From Utricularia gibba (lineage: Eukaryota; Plantae; Magnoliophyta): a stretch of DNA of 64,000 bases. Numbering within the stretch: the stretch's first letter is position 1; each line of letters begins with the position of its first letter. Below are positions 1 through 13,238 of the stretch, one piece after another. Location of the stretch: assembly GCA_002189035.1 (NCBI GenBank), contig CM007989.1, positions 4,650,001 to 4,714,000 on the forward strand. Direction: 5' to 3'. The notes beneath the pieces are model-generated. The model saw only the letters and a program-made list of their open reading frames with translations. It made no database searches and was not told the DNA's origin. The translations under genes and the position numbers were made by a program.

Positions 1-99
1 GCCATCTTAATTGTAATAACAAGCCTTACACTCCTTTGTTTCTCATGAAATATCACAAGTAATAGTAAACGGAATATCTAGCGAAATTTGACATGAACT

Positions 100-1190
100 T
101 TGTTTCTCATGACGTATCAAATAATTAATGGCTTTAGTCTCATTAGTGTTTGAAACCCAACTACTATTAATGGATTTCTAGTGTAATATATTATAGTGCA
201 TGATTCCTCTCAAATATCTCAATAATTATCTCAAAACTATCAAATGTTCATCACTTAGATAATAAGTATATCTACTTAGTCTATCCTTATGCAGTTCATA
301 AGATACATCAAGTTACTCATGATTTGTGCATGCTTATGTTAAGCCATTGTATCTCTCTTACTTTTATGTAGTGCCATGTTTGGATAATATGATGTTTTCA
401 TAAGTTTTACCTCAAAGTGGTTATACTTCCTCAAAAGTTTCTCCACATAGTGATCATGTATTAGCATAAAACCTTGATTAAGTTTTATGATCTTAACTCC
501 AAGAATACATGAGACTTCACTTATATCTTTCATGTCAAATATTGAAGCCAAGAATTCTTTAGAATTAATACCAACCGCAATGTCGGAACCAAATATATGA
601 AGATAATCCACATATAAGTAAATAATAATGCATTGATTTTTGATTAACTTAGTGTCTACAAATTTTTTTATTTATAATGTTGAAAATTCTGATGATTTTA
701 ATATACAATCGAATTATTCATGTCATTGTTTGGGTAATTGTTTTAAGTTATATAATAAGTTTCTTAATTTACAGATTTTGTTCTCTTGTCCTACACTTGC
801 ACATCCATCGAATTGAACCATACAGATTTATTTCTCTAATTCACCCATTTAGAAAGGATATTTTTACATCTATTTGGTAAATCACAAAGTTATGAATAGA
901 GGCAAGTGATATTAGTACATGAATAGAGGAGAATAAAACCACAAGAGCAAATGTATCAAAATAATCTATATTGGGCTTTTTTGTAAAGCACTTCACAACC
1001 AATCTGATTTTATACTTATCAACTGTACTATCCAAATATGGTTTTTACTTAAATATCTATTTACAGTCAGTTGTTTTTGCTCCATGTAGTAGACTAGTTT
1101 TGACAATAGTGGCCGTATTTCAAAAAAGACATATTGGTATGATTGGTGATGAAAGTTTTAAGATGATAACTATAGGTATAGAGACAGAAA
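100..1190 (-). mobile_element. Degenerate Ty1/copia reverse-transcriptase fragment
   Basis: Minus-strand ORFs 841-1035 (VDKYKIRLVVK...YQIDVKISFLNG) and 339-611 (FDMKD...ILGVKI...HYVEKLLRKY) match copia RT motifs KYKARLVAKG, QMDVKTAFLNG and FDMKDLG. Many stops; boundaries approximate. Confidence 0.85.
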
Positions 1191-4151
1191 CATGATTACA
1201 TAAAACACAAAACAAAAAACCACAGATTCAAAAAAGGTATTTATGATCACTTGATTTGATTAACTATCTTCAAATTCAAATGCTTCATTATGAAAGAAGA
1301 TATTTCTTTTTATAAAGTTTACTAGTTCTTGGTCTTACGTAAGATTAGGAATTGAAACATTATAACATCAAATAAATTAAATCTTGCATTCCTTAACTTC
1401 TTCGTTCTATATTATAATTGAAATATTACAACATCATGTCCATTTTCTTGATCTCAATTCTCGACGTCATTCATCATCACATAAAGCTTAGAAGGGGAGA
1501 TTATTTATTTAAACCCACTTTTTGTTTACAATAATTTACTTAATAAACAAATATAATATAAACAATTAATTTCATCACATCATATTTATATTTAAAATCA
1601 AATAAACTAAATTCTTTTATCTTAGTCCATAAACCTCGAATGCCCTTAAATGGTTGAAGCTTCGGTTCAGCCAAATTAATTCATGGTTTTGGTTCAATCC
1701 ACTCGAGCAAGCGATTTATGGATTCCCTTTTATAATGCATATCACTTGAAAATGAAAATCCATAACAATGCATTGGGCCCAAGAAGGTTTATTGGACTCC
1801 GTAAAACAACTTAATGGGCCATTAATATACCACAAATAGCTACTACAATACACAATTCCTACTTTGGAAAATATGGTGGTGGAAAACAAATGGAGTGCAA
1901 CTGTATGGATAATAAAATTTAAATAGCATTGCGTCATGTCGCTAGGCATGGGCCATGAGCCCATAACCTTAGAATACATTAGATAGTTTGTTTAAAATTT
2001 TTAATTATATGGTTTAAAATAACATATATTTTATAAATTTAAAATTAAACTATATTTGATAAATGAATTTACTCAAGGGGAATTTGTTGAAATATTGATA
2101 GGAGATCAAATGGGTCTTATGGATCTATTTGTTCATTAAAATAGATTATAGAATATTCTTCTAGTTGGATCATGGTGATCATTAATTTTTAGCCCAAACC
2201 CTCAGCCTAATATGACCTATTTTGGAATCAGGAATCACACTGCATGATCCTCCATGTGTTTTAGCATCCTGTAGCTGATGGGCCTGAATTTGGCTAAAGG
2301 TGTCCCCAAATTGAGAATCATGATGTTGCAAATGATAAAAAGTGAGTTGATCATGGACAACAATCTAGGTACCCCATCTTTTCAATTGAAGCATCAACCC
2401 AAAACTTATGTATATATGAGCCGGATCCTTAGATCTGAGTGTTACGATTGATGACTTGGGTGTGTGTTTTGTATCTTATGATTGTAATTCCCTAAATCAG
2501 TTTATATTTGAATGACATTTCACTCATGTTTTATTTTTCTCTTGGGGGTTTTCATATAAATTCTTGGTATTGTTTATTTTATTGCATCACAATCACACAA
2601 ACATCAAATCATTTTGGAATCAAACAACGTTCACAAGTTATGTTAAGCTACTTCATGATGTTCTGTTGGGTTTTTATACGCCAAGTTACAACATGAGGAT
2701 TGGGAAGAATTTCTGGAATTTTTAGAAAAATCGAGGAGGTTAATACATAGGGGTACGTGTCTTGAGCTTCATGGATTTTTCCCGATCCCTTGGGTGATTC
2801 TCTTGTCATCTGATCAAATTTATTTGACAATCCTTAATGAAGTACAATCTAATTCTAATCTTTTTGTGCTGAGGTTTGATTCTATTTATTGTTCATGTCC
2901 ATGAAAATTCGGTTTCTTATTGCAAAAATTGATTTTCATCTCCCAATACTTAAATGGAGATGCGCATTACGTATGTATTGAAATGAAGAATATTGGATTT
3001 CCTTTGTTGATTAGGTTAAAATTGTTGTGTGGAAATATTACCAAAATAATATATTGATTGAAAAATAAAAAAAAGTAGATATCATTTTTTAACTTGATTC
3101 ACTCCAAATAAGACTATATCAAACTTCAAAAAAATTCAATCTTTATCATAATGCATATAAAGATATTTAACTTGATAAATTATATAATTTTACTACTTTT
3201 TTTATCCTTTATTTGATAATCTTCACCGAACAAGAGGTACAAATGAAAAAAAAAACATTACCATTATTCTCTTACTATTTTACCTTTGAAAATTACTTAA
3301 GTTATTGCTCCACATGATAGCTCGTTACTCAAATATATAAGCAAGAGATGAATTCCCCTCTATTTATAAAGAGGAATGCACAATCAACATTAAAAATAGT
3401 TTTATCATAAATAAATACTTTATAATTATTAAAATATAATTACAAATAATGAAAGTTTTTTAATATTATATAGAAAATGTTTGGCTCTATTAACTAATAT
3501 AGTATCATTAAATTGCATTTTTATAGCAACACATATACGGTTTTGGCTTTTTTTTTTCCATCCGAAAAAGAATCGGTTTCTGGCGCACATAAATTCCTCA
3601 CTATTTTGATGCGTAGCGCACAGCTGGTGAACAGTAGGCGTAGCGTAGCCCAGTTTTTCAAACTTGGATTCCTCATCTTCATAATGCACTCCATCATCAT
3701 CCCACTCTCCTTATATATTTAACTAATTTTTGTTCTATTATGCTCTACATTATTTTATGTCACAAAACCCAATAACTGATTCTTGTATTTTTTTTTTTGA
3801 ACAAATAACTGTCTCTAATCCATTTCACTGTAGCTTTCTAACACAATAAGCGCTAAAGGCAGGTGAATTAATTAATTAATTAATTATTGGATGATGAGGA
3901 AGGGTTTAATGTTAACGGCTAACCTTGTCCTACTCCTACTCCTACTCTACTAGTACCATGAGATTCAAAAATCCTCTTTGAAAAGGACTAAGAGGCAATT
4001 CACCCAAAAGACAAAAAAAAATATAATTTTTGATTGTGAATATCCATTTTAATTAATAATAGCCGATTCTTTTTTGCTAAGGAAAAAAGGACCCGATTCC
4101 CGGGTTCGGGATTGGAATTAAGAATCCGGACTTTTCTTCCACAAAAACTCA

Positions 4152-4382
4152 GGTCATGTTTAGTTAAAGGTAAAGGAATAAAAAGATTTAATTTATTAAA
4201 GATAACCTATGAATTTAGTTGGAAGTAAATATTTTTATCAACTTCCACCTTGGTAGCTATTTTTTTTCCTTGTAGAAAGTAAATTTTATATTTTTTTCAT
4301 GAATTTAATAAATCTTTGTACCAAACACATAAAATATATTATTTACACATTAATTGTTCAAATTGATCAACCAAACATTGCC
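4152..4382. mobile_element. Tourist-like (PIF/Harbinger) MITE, 231 bp
   Basis: Left end GGTCATGTTTAGTT versus reverse complement of right end GGCAATGTTTGGTT (11/14). Flanks TCA and TAA (TAA-type TSD, one mismatch). AT-rich interior with an internal CCAAACA repeat. Confidence 0.65.
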
Positions 4383-4680
4383 TAAAAAAAGAAAAAGGGA
4401 AAAGAAAAGGGAAATGGTAATGTTTAATACTGTGAGCGCTGAAAGCGAGCGCTCACTCCACTGGAATCAAGTATTTGTGCGAGCATAAGCTTTTCAATTG
4501 GTCCCAGGAAGCACGCTGAGGTGTCCGCCTTCGGCACCTTGAAGTGGTTTGAACTGGGTGGTGGAAGCGAACTCGGAGGGCGGGGTGTTTAGTGTCGAGA
4601 GAGGTGGATGTGGCGATGTGGTGAAGGAGATTTCTTGGCTGCTAAAATTTTGATTGTTGTAAGTGGGTTTTAGAGTTAGG

Positions 4681-7600
4681 ATGGAGGAGAGGAGGGGAAG
4701 TAATAATCGCTGGAGCTGGGATGTCCCGGGGTTCGAACCCAGAAAATTGTCGGAGGACCAGGATGATTATGGGAGGGCATACGTGGTGCCGCCGGCGGCA
4801 AGGCGTTATTCGATGTCCGTTTCTTCCCGCTCCGAGCTTAACAAGCAACTTGTCAACTCCAAGCTCAATGGGCTTAAGGAGAAACTCAAGGTATTTTTTT
4901 TACGCTGTTCTGTTGATTCTCTGCTGTCACGAGACTGCGGCGTTCTTGTTCCGTAGCAGCGTTTCTGATAGCCTTGCTCGTTTGGGGCTTTAGGGGGATG
5001 CCACTTGACTGTTTATTTCGAGACGCTGAATTCTAGTGTCTGATATGCCTAAGCACACTTTCTCGAGTTGTTTTCTTTATGGGTTTCAGAATGTTCCAAA
5101 AATTGGTAATTCCGATGTAGGGTTTTGCAATGATTGGTGGTTACTTTAGGTGGGACTTTGCCTTTGATTGGAGAAGTTGCATGATCATGGTTTTGTGCTC
5201 ATTTTCGAGTATAAGTTACCGCATCCTCCCGAATTTTTCGAGTCAAAAGATTACTTTTCTTGTCCCAGGATGAATGAGCGATCTTGCACGGGAGCTTCGT
5301 GAAATCTGAGTAGTTGAAAAAGCTTCCTTTTTAATATGAGCAATGCATTGAGATTATGTTCTGTCATGTGTGCATCACCATAAATTGGGCATGAAAATGA
5401 TGTTGCAGTGGAGTCAAATGAAAACAGTCTTGGTTTTATTGCTGAAAATCATGAGTGCAATACTCGGTTTTGTTTGTTACAGCTAGTAAGAGAAGACAAT
5501 CTGCTGTTGAGACAAGAGGCTTTGGAACTTCTAGAATATTCTAGTGCAAAACTTGATCGAGTGACTCGCTATCTGGGCGTGCTCGCTGAGAAGTCTCGTA
5601 TGTTAGGTAAGTTCCTTGGATTAGCATAAGGGCACCCATTTGACCACAATCCGTAAAATTACACAGTTACAAGAAGCATTTGCATGCTGTCTGTACCTCA
5701 GCCAGAGCTCTGTCTTGGCAGATGGACCTCATTTTCCAGCATTAGCACATGGTTTTATAGTTTTCTGAATTTTCAGATATCGAATATTGACCAGTAAATA
5801 TTTTACCATGAAAAATTGCAGATGAAGCTGTAATTGAATCAGAAGCTAGATTGTCTCCTCTGATATCTGAGAAGAGAAAGTTATTCAATGACTTATTGAC
5901 TGCAAAAGGTTTTTTCTTGCCAAACTATTCTTTAGTCCCTTGAAGAAAAGTTCTATGTAAAAAACTGGCTGATGATCGTGATGCATGAATGTACCTGAAA
6001 CAATGCAGGAAATGTGAAGGTGTTCTGTCGCGTAAGGCCTCTGTTTGAAGATGAAGGCCCATCCGTTGTTGAATTTCCTGATAATTTTACACTTCGAATA
6101 AATACTGGAGAAGATGGTCTATCGAATCCTAAAAAGGATTTTGAGTTTGACAAAGTTTATGGACCTCATGTTGGACAAGGTAGAGCCTTTAAAAAAATGT
6201 TTGTACATCCTTATTTTGAGCTATAGTGCACTCATTTATGGCCATCTTTGTGCAGCTGACGTTTTTGCTGATATTCAACCTTTTGTGCAATCAGCATTTG
6301 ACGGATACAACGTGTCAGTCTTTGCGTATGGGCAAACTGGCTCAGGGAAAACACATACTATGGTCTCTATGTTTCCCTGCCTGGAACCCTTTGCATAGTT
6401 TCGCCCTCGACTTTCTTTCTTCTTTATGGCATTAAATGTGGGTTGCATATGTGCATATTTCATCCAAATTTACGTTCCTGCTTCTGTTTGATGACTCCAA
6501 CGCTCCTATTTCCTTCCCATATGATGCTTTGCGTTTGACAAGTTGCTCACAACGAGTGAAGTGGGGATAAAAACTTGCTAGAAAATTGGATTATTTGGTG
6601 TGATAATTATCCGCATTTATGATAACTTTTTTCTTTCCCGCAGGAAGGATCTAGCACTGATCGTGGTGTGTATTTTCGGTCTTTTGAAGAGCTTTTTGAT
6701 TTGTCCAACTCAGATGCAACTTCTAGCTCTCAGTACACGTTCTATATTTCAGTTCTTCAACTGTCTAATGAGAAGGTATCTTTTTCTATAATTATCTTCT
6801 TACATTCAGTGAATTGATATGCTTATGTCTTCCACCTCATTAGCTTACATATTCCGAGAGCCTTATTCAATATGGAATAACTTTAATGCTTTTGCAGATA
6901 ACAGATTTGCTCCTGGAATCTGGGTATAATTTAACCAAAATAAATGTTGGGTCGTTTGATCTAAGCATAGACATTGTGAAGGAAAAGGTTGAGAATCCAA
7001 TAGAGTTTTCCAAAATTCTCAAAAGACTATTTCAGAGTCAAAATTTCGATGTGTTAAAGATCAAGACCTCGCATCTGTATGTTTCCTTTATCCTTGTCTT
7101 TGGATGTGCTGTCTGTTCGTGGTTTCTGTTAAATGTAATCATTATATTTCTTTTGCCTCTGTAGGATTGTGATGGTACACATATACTATAAGAACTTGAT
7201 AACTGGTGAGAACAGTTACAGCAAGCTTTCTCTAGTTGATTTATCTGGAAGTGAAGCCACAAGTGAAAATCAGGAAGGCGGCAACCATGAAACTGAATTG
7301 TTGCATGCCTTGAAATCTCTGTCCGTGTGAGTGGAAGTTGTTACATTTTAATTCTGCACTTTTGTTTTTATCTTATCACATCAACAAGATTGTCAAATAA
7401 AATGAAAGCCAACTTGAATGAGACACAATTAGACTGTTTTGATAATCTTTACCCATCAATCCTGTTTATATTCCATGTGCAGGCTGAGTGATGTCTTGGC
7501 ATGCATAACTTCCGAAAAGGATGAAATTCCATACGAACACTCGCTGCTGACAAAACTTCTTGCAGATTCTATTGGTACCCATTTTTTTGTTTATCAGTTT

Positions 7601-10600
7601 TCCTTTTCTCCTCAGCGTTTCTTTTCATTGCCAAATGAATCCTGAATCTTTCTTGTGCATTAAGCAAAACTTCTACTCCTAGTATCACTACCTGAACTAT
7701 GTGCCTCTTGAATTTAGTGTACATGGTTTGACATCTATTTTCTTGTGGGTTGTTATATAATTTTTTTTCTTGATTCTCACGTGTTGTCTAACCTGCTAGG
7801 TGGAAGCTCCAAAACTGTGATGCTTGTCAACATTTGTCCGAGCGTGAACAGTGTGCGTGAGAGTTTATCATCACTTAATTTCTCCACTCGAGCACGGAAC
7901 TCCGATTTGAGCCTTGGCAGTCGGGATACCATTAAGAAATGGAAAGATGTTGTAAGTACGCACAGCTTCTGTAGCAGGACTGAGGAATGATCCCACTAGT
8001 CATTATCTTTCTTTACAGTCAATACATTGAAATTAGGTCATGGGATAATTTGCTGACCAGATTGTCTCCAGCCAAGTTTTCAGTTAAACTAACTAATCAC
8101 GTGGCCAAGAATTGTTTTTAGGAATTTGCTAATGTTTGTTTCAACTTTTACTGTAGGCCAATGATGCAAGGAAAGAGCTGCTCGAAAAAGAGAAGGAAAT
8201 CAGTGACTTGAAGTTGGAAAATTTGGCAGCCAAGCAAGAGTTAAAACATGCAAATGACCAGTGTGTTTTGCTCTTCAATGAAGCTCAGAAAGCCTGGAAA
8301 GTTTCGTCTACTGTGCAGTCCGAATCAAAGGTATTTCTCTTTTACAGTCATTGTCCTGTTCTTTGCTAATATGGGAGAAAACAGTAATAAGGATCTTGGC
8401 AGCCTGTTCAATTACGTTTGACTCTTCACTTCATTCTTACACCATACAAGTCATCCATTTTGGATGAAGTTTTTGTGGTGATTTTCATGTCATTTGAAGT
8501 TGGGTATGCATTTCCCTTATTGCTTATAAGTGTCCATGTCTGACTTATCGGATCGTTTCATGTGTTTCCAGTCAGAGAAAATGACACTTTTTGATAAGCT
8601 CAAGATAGAGAAGGAGCAAAATATGCAACTACGCAGCCAAATTGCACAATTATTGCAGATAGAGAAGGAACAGAAGTTGCAGATTGAACAGAAAGATTCA
8701 ACCATTCATATGCTACAGGTAGTTCCGGATGCTGCATTTGGTGGTATCCGTCTAGACATGAGTTAGATTTTTGTGGATTCTTATGCACATCTTTCTGAAG
8801 GTATAAGCTTTTTGATGATTATTTTTACCTCATCTAAGGCCAAGTTGAAGAATGTCGAATCCCAATTAAATGACTCTCGTCAATCCCATGAGAATAGGCC
8901 AACTCTCAGCACTGCATCACAGACTACAAAAGATTCTACAAGCACAACCACACAGGGTGACGTTGATGCTACTGTGGTTACGAAGAAACTTGAGAATGAA
9001 CTCAAGAAAAGGGATGCACTTATTGAGGTACTTGAATGCGCTATGGTTCTGCGATGCCTTCATGGCACCATATGCCTTTTCTGTGTTTTGTTCAATGAAC
9101 TGGAAGTTAGTATTTTGTGCTGTTCGGATTTATGTAATGATTATGTCCATGACATCGAGCTTTTCATTCAGAGGTTACATGAAGAGAACGAGAAACTGTT
9201 TGACAGATTGACTGACAAAGCATCTTCTGCTGGGTCCCTCAGGTCTCCCTGTTTTTTTTAAATACCACTTTAGCCTATGTTCTTTTTGAGCGTGGAATTC
9301 TATGTTTGGTGTTCCCTTTGTTAATTTATTAGTTGTCTTTAGGTGTCTAGTCCTTCGCCCATTGGACTATCCACTCAGTATCGTGGCCCTGGCAAGTGAG
9401 TTTCTTTTCCAATCCTCAGATTTGCATTCTTATTGTATGTGAACACTTTGGACTTCTTAATTTATCATCACAGGAATGATGGCACCTATACTCAAGGACA
9501 TGCCGCTGATGTTCCTGCCTCACCTGCTGTATCTGAAAAGGCTGGTGCTTTGGTTAAATCAGGAAATGAAAAGATCAAAACGCCAGCTGGTGAATATCTA
9601 ACATCTGCCCTTAGTGAGTTTGATCCTGATCAATATGACAGTCTTGCTGCAATCTCGGATGGGGCCAACAAGCTTTTGATGCTGGTGATTACTTAGTTTA
9701 TTTTGTTTGGCTGGACTTCGTGTGTAAGCAGTTGGTGCTGAGGATGATGAATAACGCATTTTTGTTTTTCTTGGTAACTCTGCTATTGCAGGTTTTGGCG
9801 GCCGTCATCAAGGCTGGTGCTTCTAGAGAGCATGAAATACTAGCTGAAATAAGAGATGCTGTTTTTGCCTTCATCCATAAAATGGAGCCCAAAAAAGTAA
9901 TGGACACCATGCTTGTTTCTCGAGTCAGGATTCTCTACATACGTTCTTTGCTTGCTCGGTCACCGGAGTTGCAGTCAATTAAGGTCAGACAATTTGATAT
10001 CCATCTTTCTGCATCTCAATCTTAAAATATTTATGGTTATTGAAATCATTATCCCATTCTTTAAAGGTATATCCCGTTGAGCGCTTCTTAGAGAAGCCTC
10101 ATGGTGGGCGTAGTAGAGAGACAAGTCGTAGCAATAGCCCTGGAAGATCACCTAGAAATGCACTAGTCGAAGAGCACATTCAAGGTTTCATAGTGAATAT
10201 AAAACAGGAAAAGAAGTCAAAACTGTCATCAGTTGTTATGAAGATACGTGGAATTGATCAGGTGAATTGATGATGATACCTTAAGGTCTCCTGGAACTTG
10301 AGCATCTGTTGGTGTTTAGAAGCATGATTTTGCTGGCACGCTCCATGTTTTATATCACATGATTTTTATCATGTTATATTGTGATAGAAAGCTCCTTAGA
10401 TGTATGGCTTTTAAATAAAATTCTTTCTACTTAAACATGTGCAGGATACATGGAGACATCACGTAACCGGTGGAAAATTGAGAGAAATAACAGAGGATGC
10501 AAAAATTTATGCATTTGGAAACAAGCATCTTGCAGCTCTCTTTGTTCATACACCAGCTGGTGAGCTGCAGCGTCAGATCAGAAACTGGCTGGCTGAGAAC

Positions 10601-12017
10601 TTTGATTTTCTTTCTGTTGCTGAGGATTCAATTGCTGGAGCAACTGGCCAACTAGAGCTTTTGTCCACTGCAATTATGGATGGTTGGATGGCTGGCCTCG
10701 GAGCTGCCTATCCGCCTAGCACTGATGCTCTTGGTCAGCTTCTGTCGCAGTATACTCGACGTGTGTACACTTCACAACTGCAGCACTTGAAGGTTGGTTG
10801 TTTTTAATGCAGTTTCCAAAGTAGATTTCTGTACTAATGACATCGTATATGTTACTGCCTCCTCAGGATATTGCAGGTACTTTGGCAACTGAAGCCGCTG
10901 AAGACCCTGCCCAAGTGTCTAAGCTACGATCAGCTCTTGAATCTGTAGACCACAAGAGAAGGAAGGTAGGCGTTTCTTTCTAACTTTGTAGAAAAATAAG
11001 AGAGTTATCATATACAACACATCATCCTCCCCTGATTCCTTCTTGTCGAGCCGCCAAGTCTGTCATTATACCTCAAGAAGTGTTCAGATTATAACCACTT
11101 GGGTTTCAGGATGAGTTTTTATTTATTTAGTGCATCTTGATTGGCACCTACTCTGCTGTTTTGACAGATTTTACAACAAATGAAAAGCGATGCATCTGTA
11201 TTGAACTTAGAAGATGGTCCGACATCAATTCGAAATCCTTCTACAGCAGCTGAGGATGCAAGATTGGCATCGCTGATCGCCCTTGATGGCATATTGAAGC
11301 AAGTCAAGGTGTGTTGGTTTCTGATCTTTTCCTGCATTCTGAGACATCTGGGAACTATTAATTTATTCCCTGTTTCTTTCCCAGGACTTGATGAGGCAGG
11401 CCTCTGTTAGTTCTCTCAGCAAGAGTAGGAAAAGGTCCATGCTTGCTTCTCTTGATGAACTTTCAGAGCAAATGCCCTCTCTGCTCGATGTAGATCATCC
11501 GTGTGCAACGAGGCATATTGCTGAAGCCCGAACTCTTATAGAGGTATCCTCAGAATGGCTTCTGTTTCTCTTGTAACTCTAGTAACCTTAAATTCGGTTG
11601 CATACAGACAGCGTCTGAGGATCCAGATTTGTCAAATGGATTGAAGACTACCAGTGCTCCAGCAACCAGCGGTGAAACAGACGTCACACAGTGGAACGTT
11701 TTGCAGTTCAACACCGGATCAACCTCACCGTTCATCATCAAATGCGGAGCAAACTCACGCTTTGAACTTGTCATCAAGGCTGATGCACGAGTGCAAGAAC
11801 CAAAAGGGGGTGAGATCATCCGAGTTGTTCCAAAGCCAGCGCTTCTTAAAACCTGAGCCTTGATGAGATTAAAGGTGTCTTCTCGGAACTCCCTGAGGCT
11901 CTAAGTTTGCTGTCACTTGCCCGAACAGCAGACGGTACCCGAGCTCGATATTCCCGGCTGTATCGGACACTTGCGATGAGGGTCCCTGCTCTGAAAGACC
12001 TCGTGGAAGACACCTGA
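4681..12017 (+). CDS. KAC1: Kinesin-like protein KAC/KCA (kinesin-14 A/B type); 23 exons, two apparent 1-nt frameshifts
   Basis: ATG at 4681 ([21 protein letters not shown]). I traced 23 GT-AG exons, e.g. 4681-4890, 5483-5606, 5822-5908, 6009-6179, 6256-6362, last 11608-12017. Motor motifs [11 protein letters not shown]-loop GQTGSGKT and [17 protein letters not shown]-specific tail motifs [43 protein letters not shown] and [15 protein letters not shown]. Frame is broken at about 9236-9238 and 11848-11851. KAC1 versus KAC2 cannot be decided. Confidence 0.95.
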
Positions 12018-12554
12018 GATTGGTGTGATTTTTGTTTGGCATTCATTGCTTATGCCATCCTGCCAAATGCTTGATGATAACAGTGATCCTGGAGGAGAGT
12101 CATCTGTATTCAGTTCTTGTGTAATCAAGAAGCTGATACATCAACTTCTGCGTTTCATGTTATGATATATATACACATATTTGATATGCCTGTCAAGACT
12201 TCCCAGTAGGAGAGACAATACTTGAGAAAGTACCAGAAAATCTGGTGACCAATTTTTACCAGTGATCTGGGAAGTGTTTGGCACTAATTTTTCTGCTTAG
12301 TGTGGATCGAGAAAACTGAAAGCTAAATCTTGGGGTGTGCTGACAGAGTGCAGTAATGAACTGTTTCTGGAGTTTGTTGATCTTGTAGGCCGGAAGGAGA
12401 TGAATGTTACGGGTTTGATGAACATTTTCGTGTTTTTGAAGATCATCCCACAACATTAAACCGGTTTAGGACAAGATTTGGAACTGTAAGGAGATGAAAA
12501 TTACAAGAGCTCTTCGTAAGTGGCTTCTCCAAAGAAAGAGACGCCAGGCCATGT

Positions 12555-13238
12555 CTAAGATGGGGAGTGACGAATGCGCTTGCTCACTGGAAAAGCTTGA
12601 CCGGACTTATCCATGACTATCTTCAGAGCTCTTTTCAGAGTCACCACCCCTGCATCATCATTGGCTCTCAGTCGAACCCACAAGACACTCATTGTTCTTC
12701 CTCCTATTGTTGACATTTCTGCTCTCACCAGATTTGCTTCCACTGACTGCAATGCTTGCATCAAGTCTACCACCATTTCTGGCCTGTCTTCACAGCACAG
12801 TGTTGCTTTAACCAGCCCGGGGTTATCGTCCCCGTTCCCTTCGCAGCGGCAGACTGCCACCTCGTCTGTTTCCCCGGGAAAGTAGAAGTTGAGTGTTGAC
12901 AGTTCTGCTGCTGCCTTGTTAAGCTCTCGCACTCTCCGTACTGCTTCTCCCAGGAGGGAAGCTTTGTCTGTCTGAGAATCGCAACTTCTTACAATGTAAC
13001 TGTTCTATTTGAAGACTGAAGTGATGAATGGATCCATTACCTTGACTACATTGGGAAGAATGGATTTCAGGGTGGTGATATGGCTGTTGATTCGCTTTCT
13101 CCTGCGCCTCTCGGCTTCCTTGTGGCTATTGCTGCTCGCCGGAGCTTCGTCCATCACTCCGGGGCAGAAGCTTCCACTTCCGATCATATAACCGTCTGAG
13201 AAACTCACCTGTCCATGCGCATTTGCGGCCGAAAACAT
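12555..13238 (-). CDS. bHLH transcription factor with ACT-like C-terminus (bHLH30/51/106/107-like)
   Basis: Exon 13238-13041 (SHKEAERRRRKRINSHITTLKSILPNVVK), intron 13040-12972 (GTAATG...CAG), exon 12971-12555 (TDKASLLGEAVRRVREL...VKATLCCEDRPE...RAEMSTIGGRT). Start assigned to the ATG at 13238; a probable 5'UTR intron lies at 13370-13253. Confidence 0.88.

Noticed and set aside
4730-4740. GGTTCGAACCC, like a tRNA T-loop/B-box
   Set aside because: It lies in KAC exon 1 and encodes the conserved GFEP; no cloverleaf or A-box.
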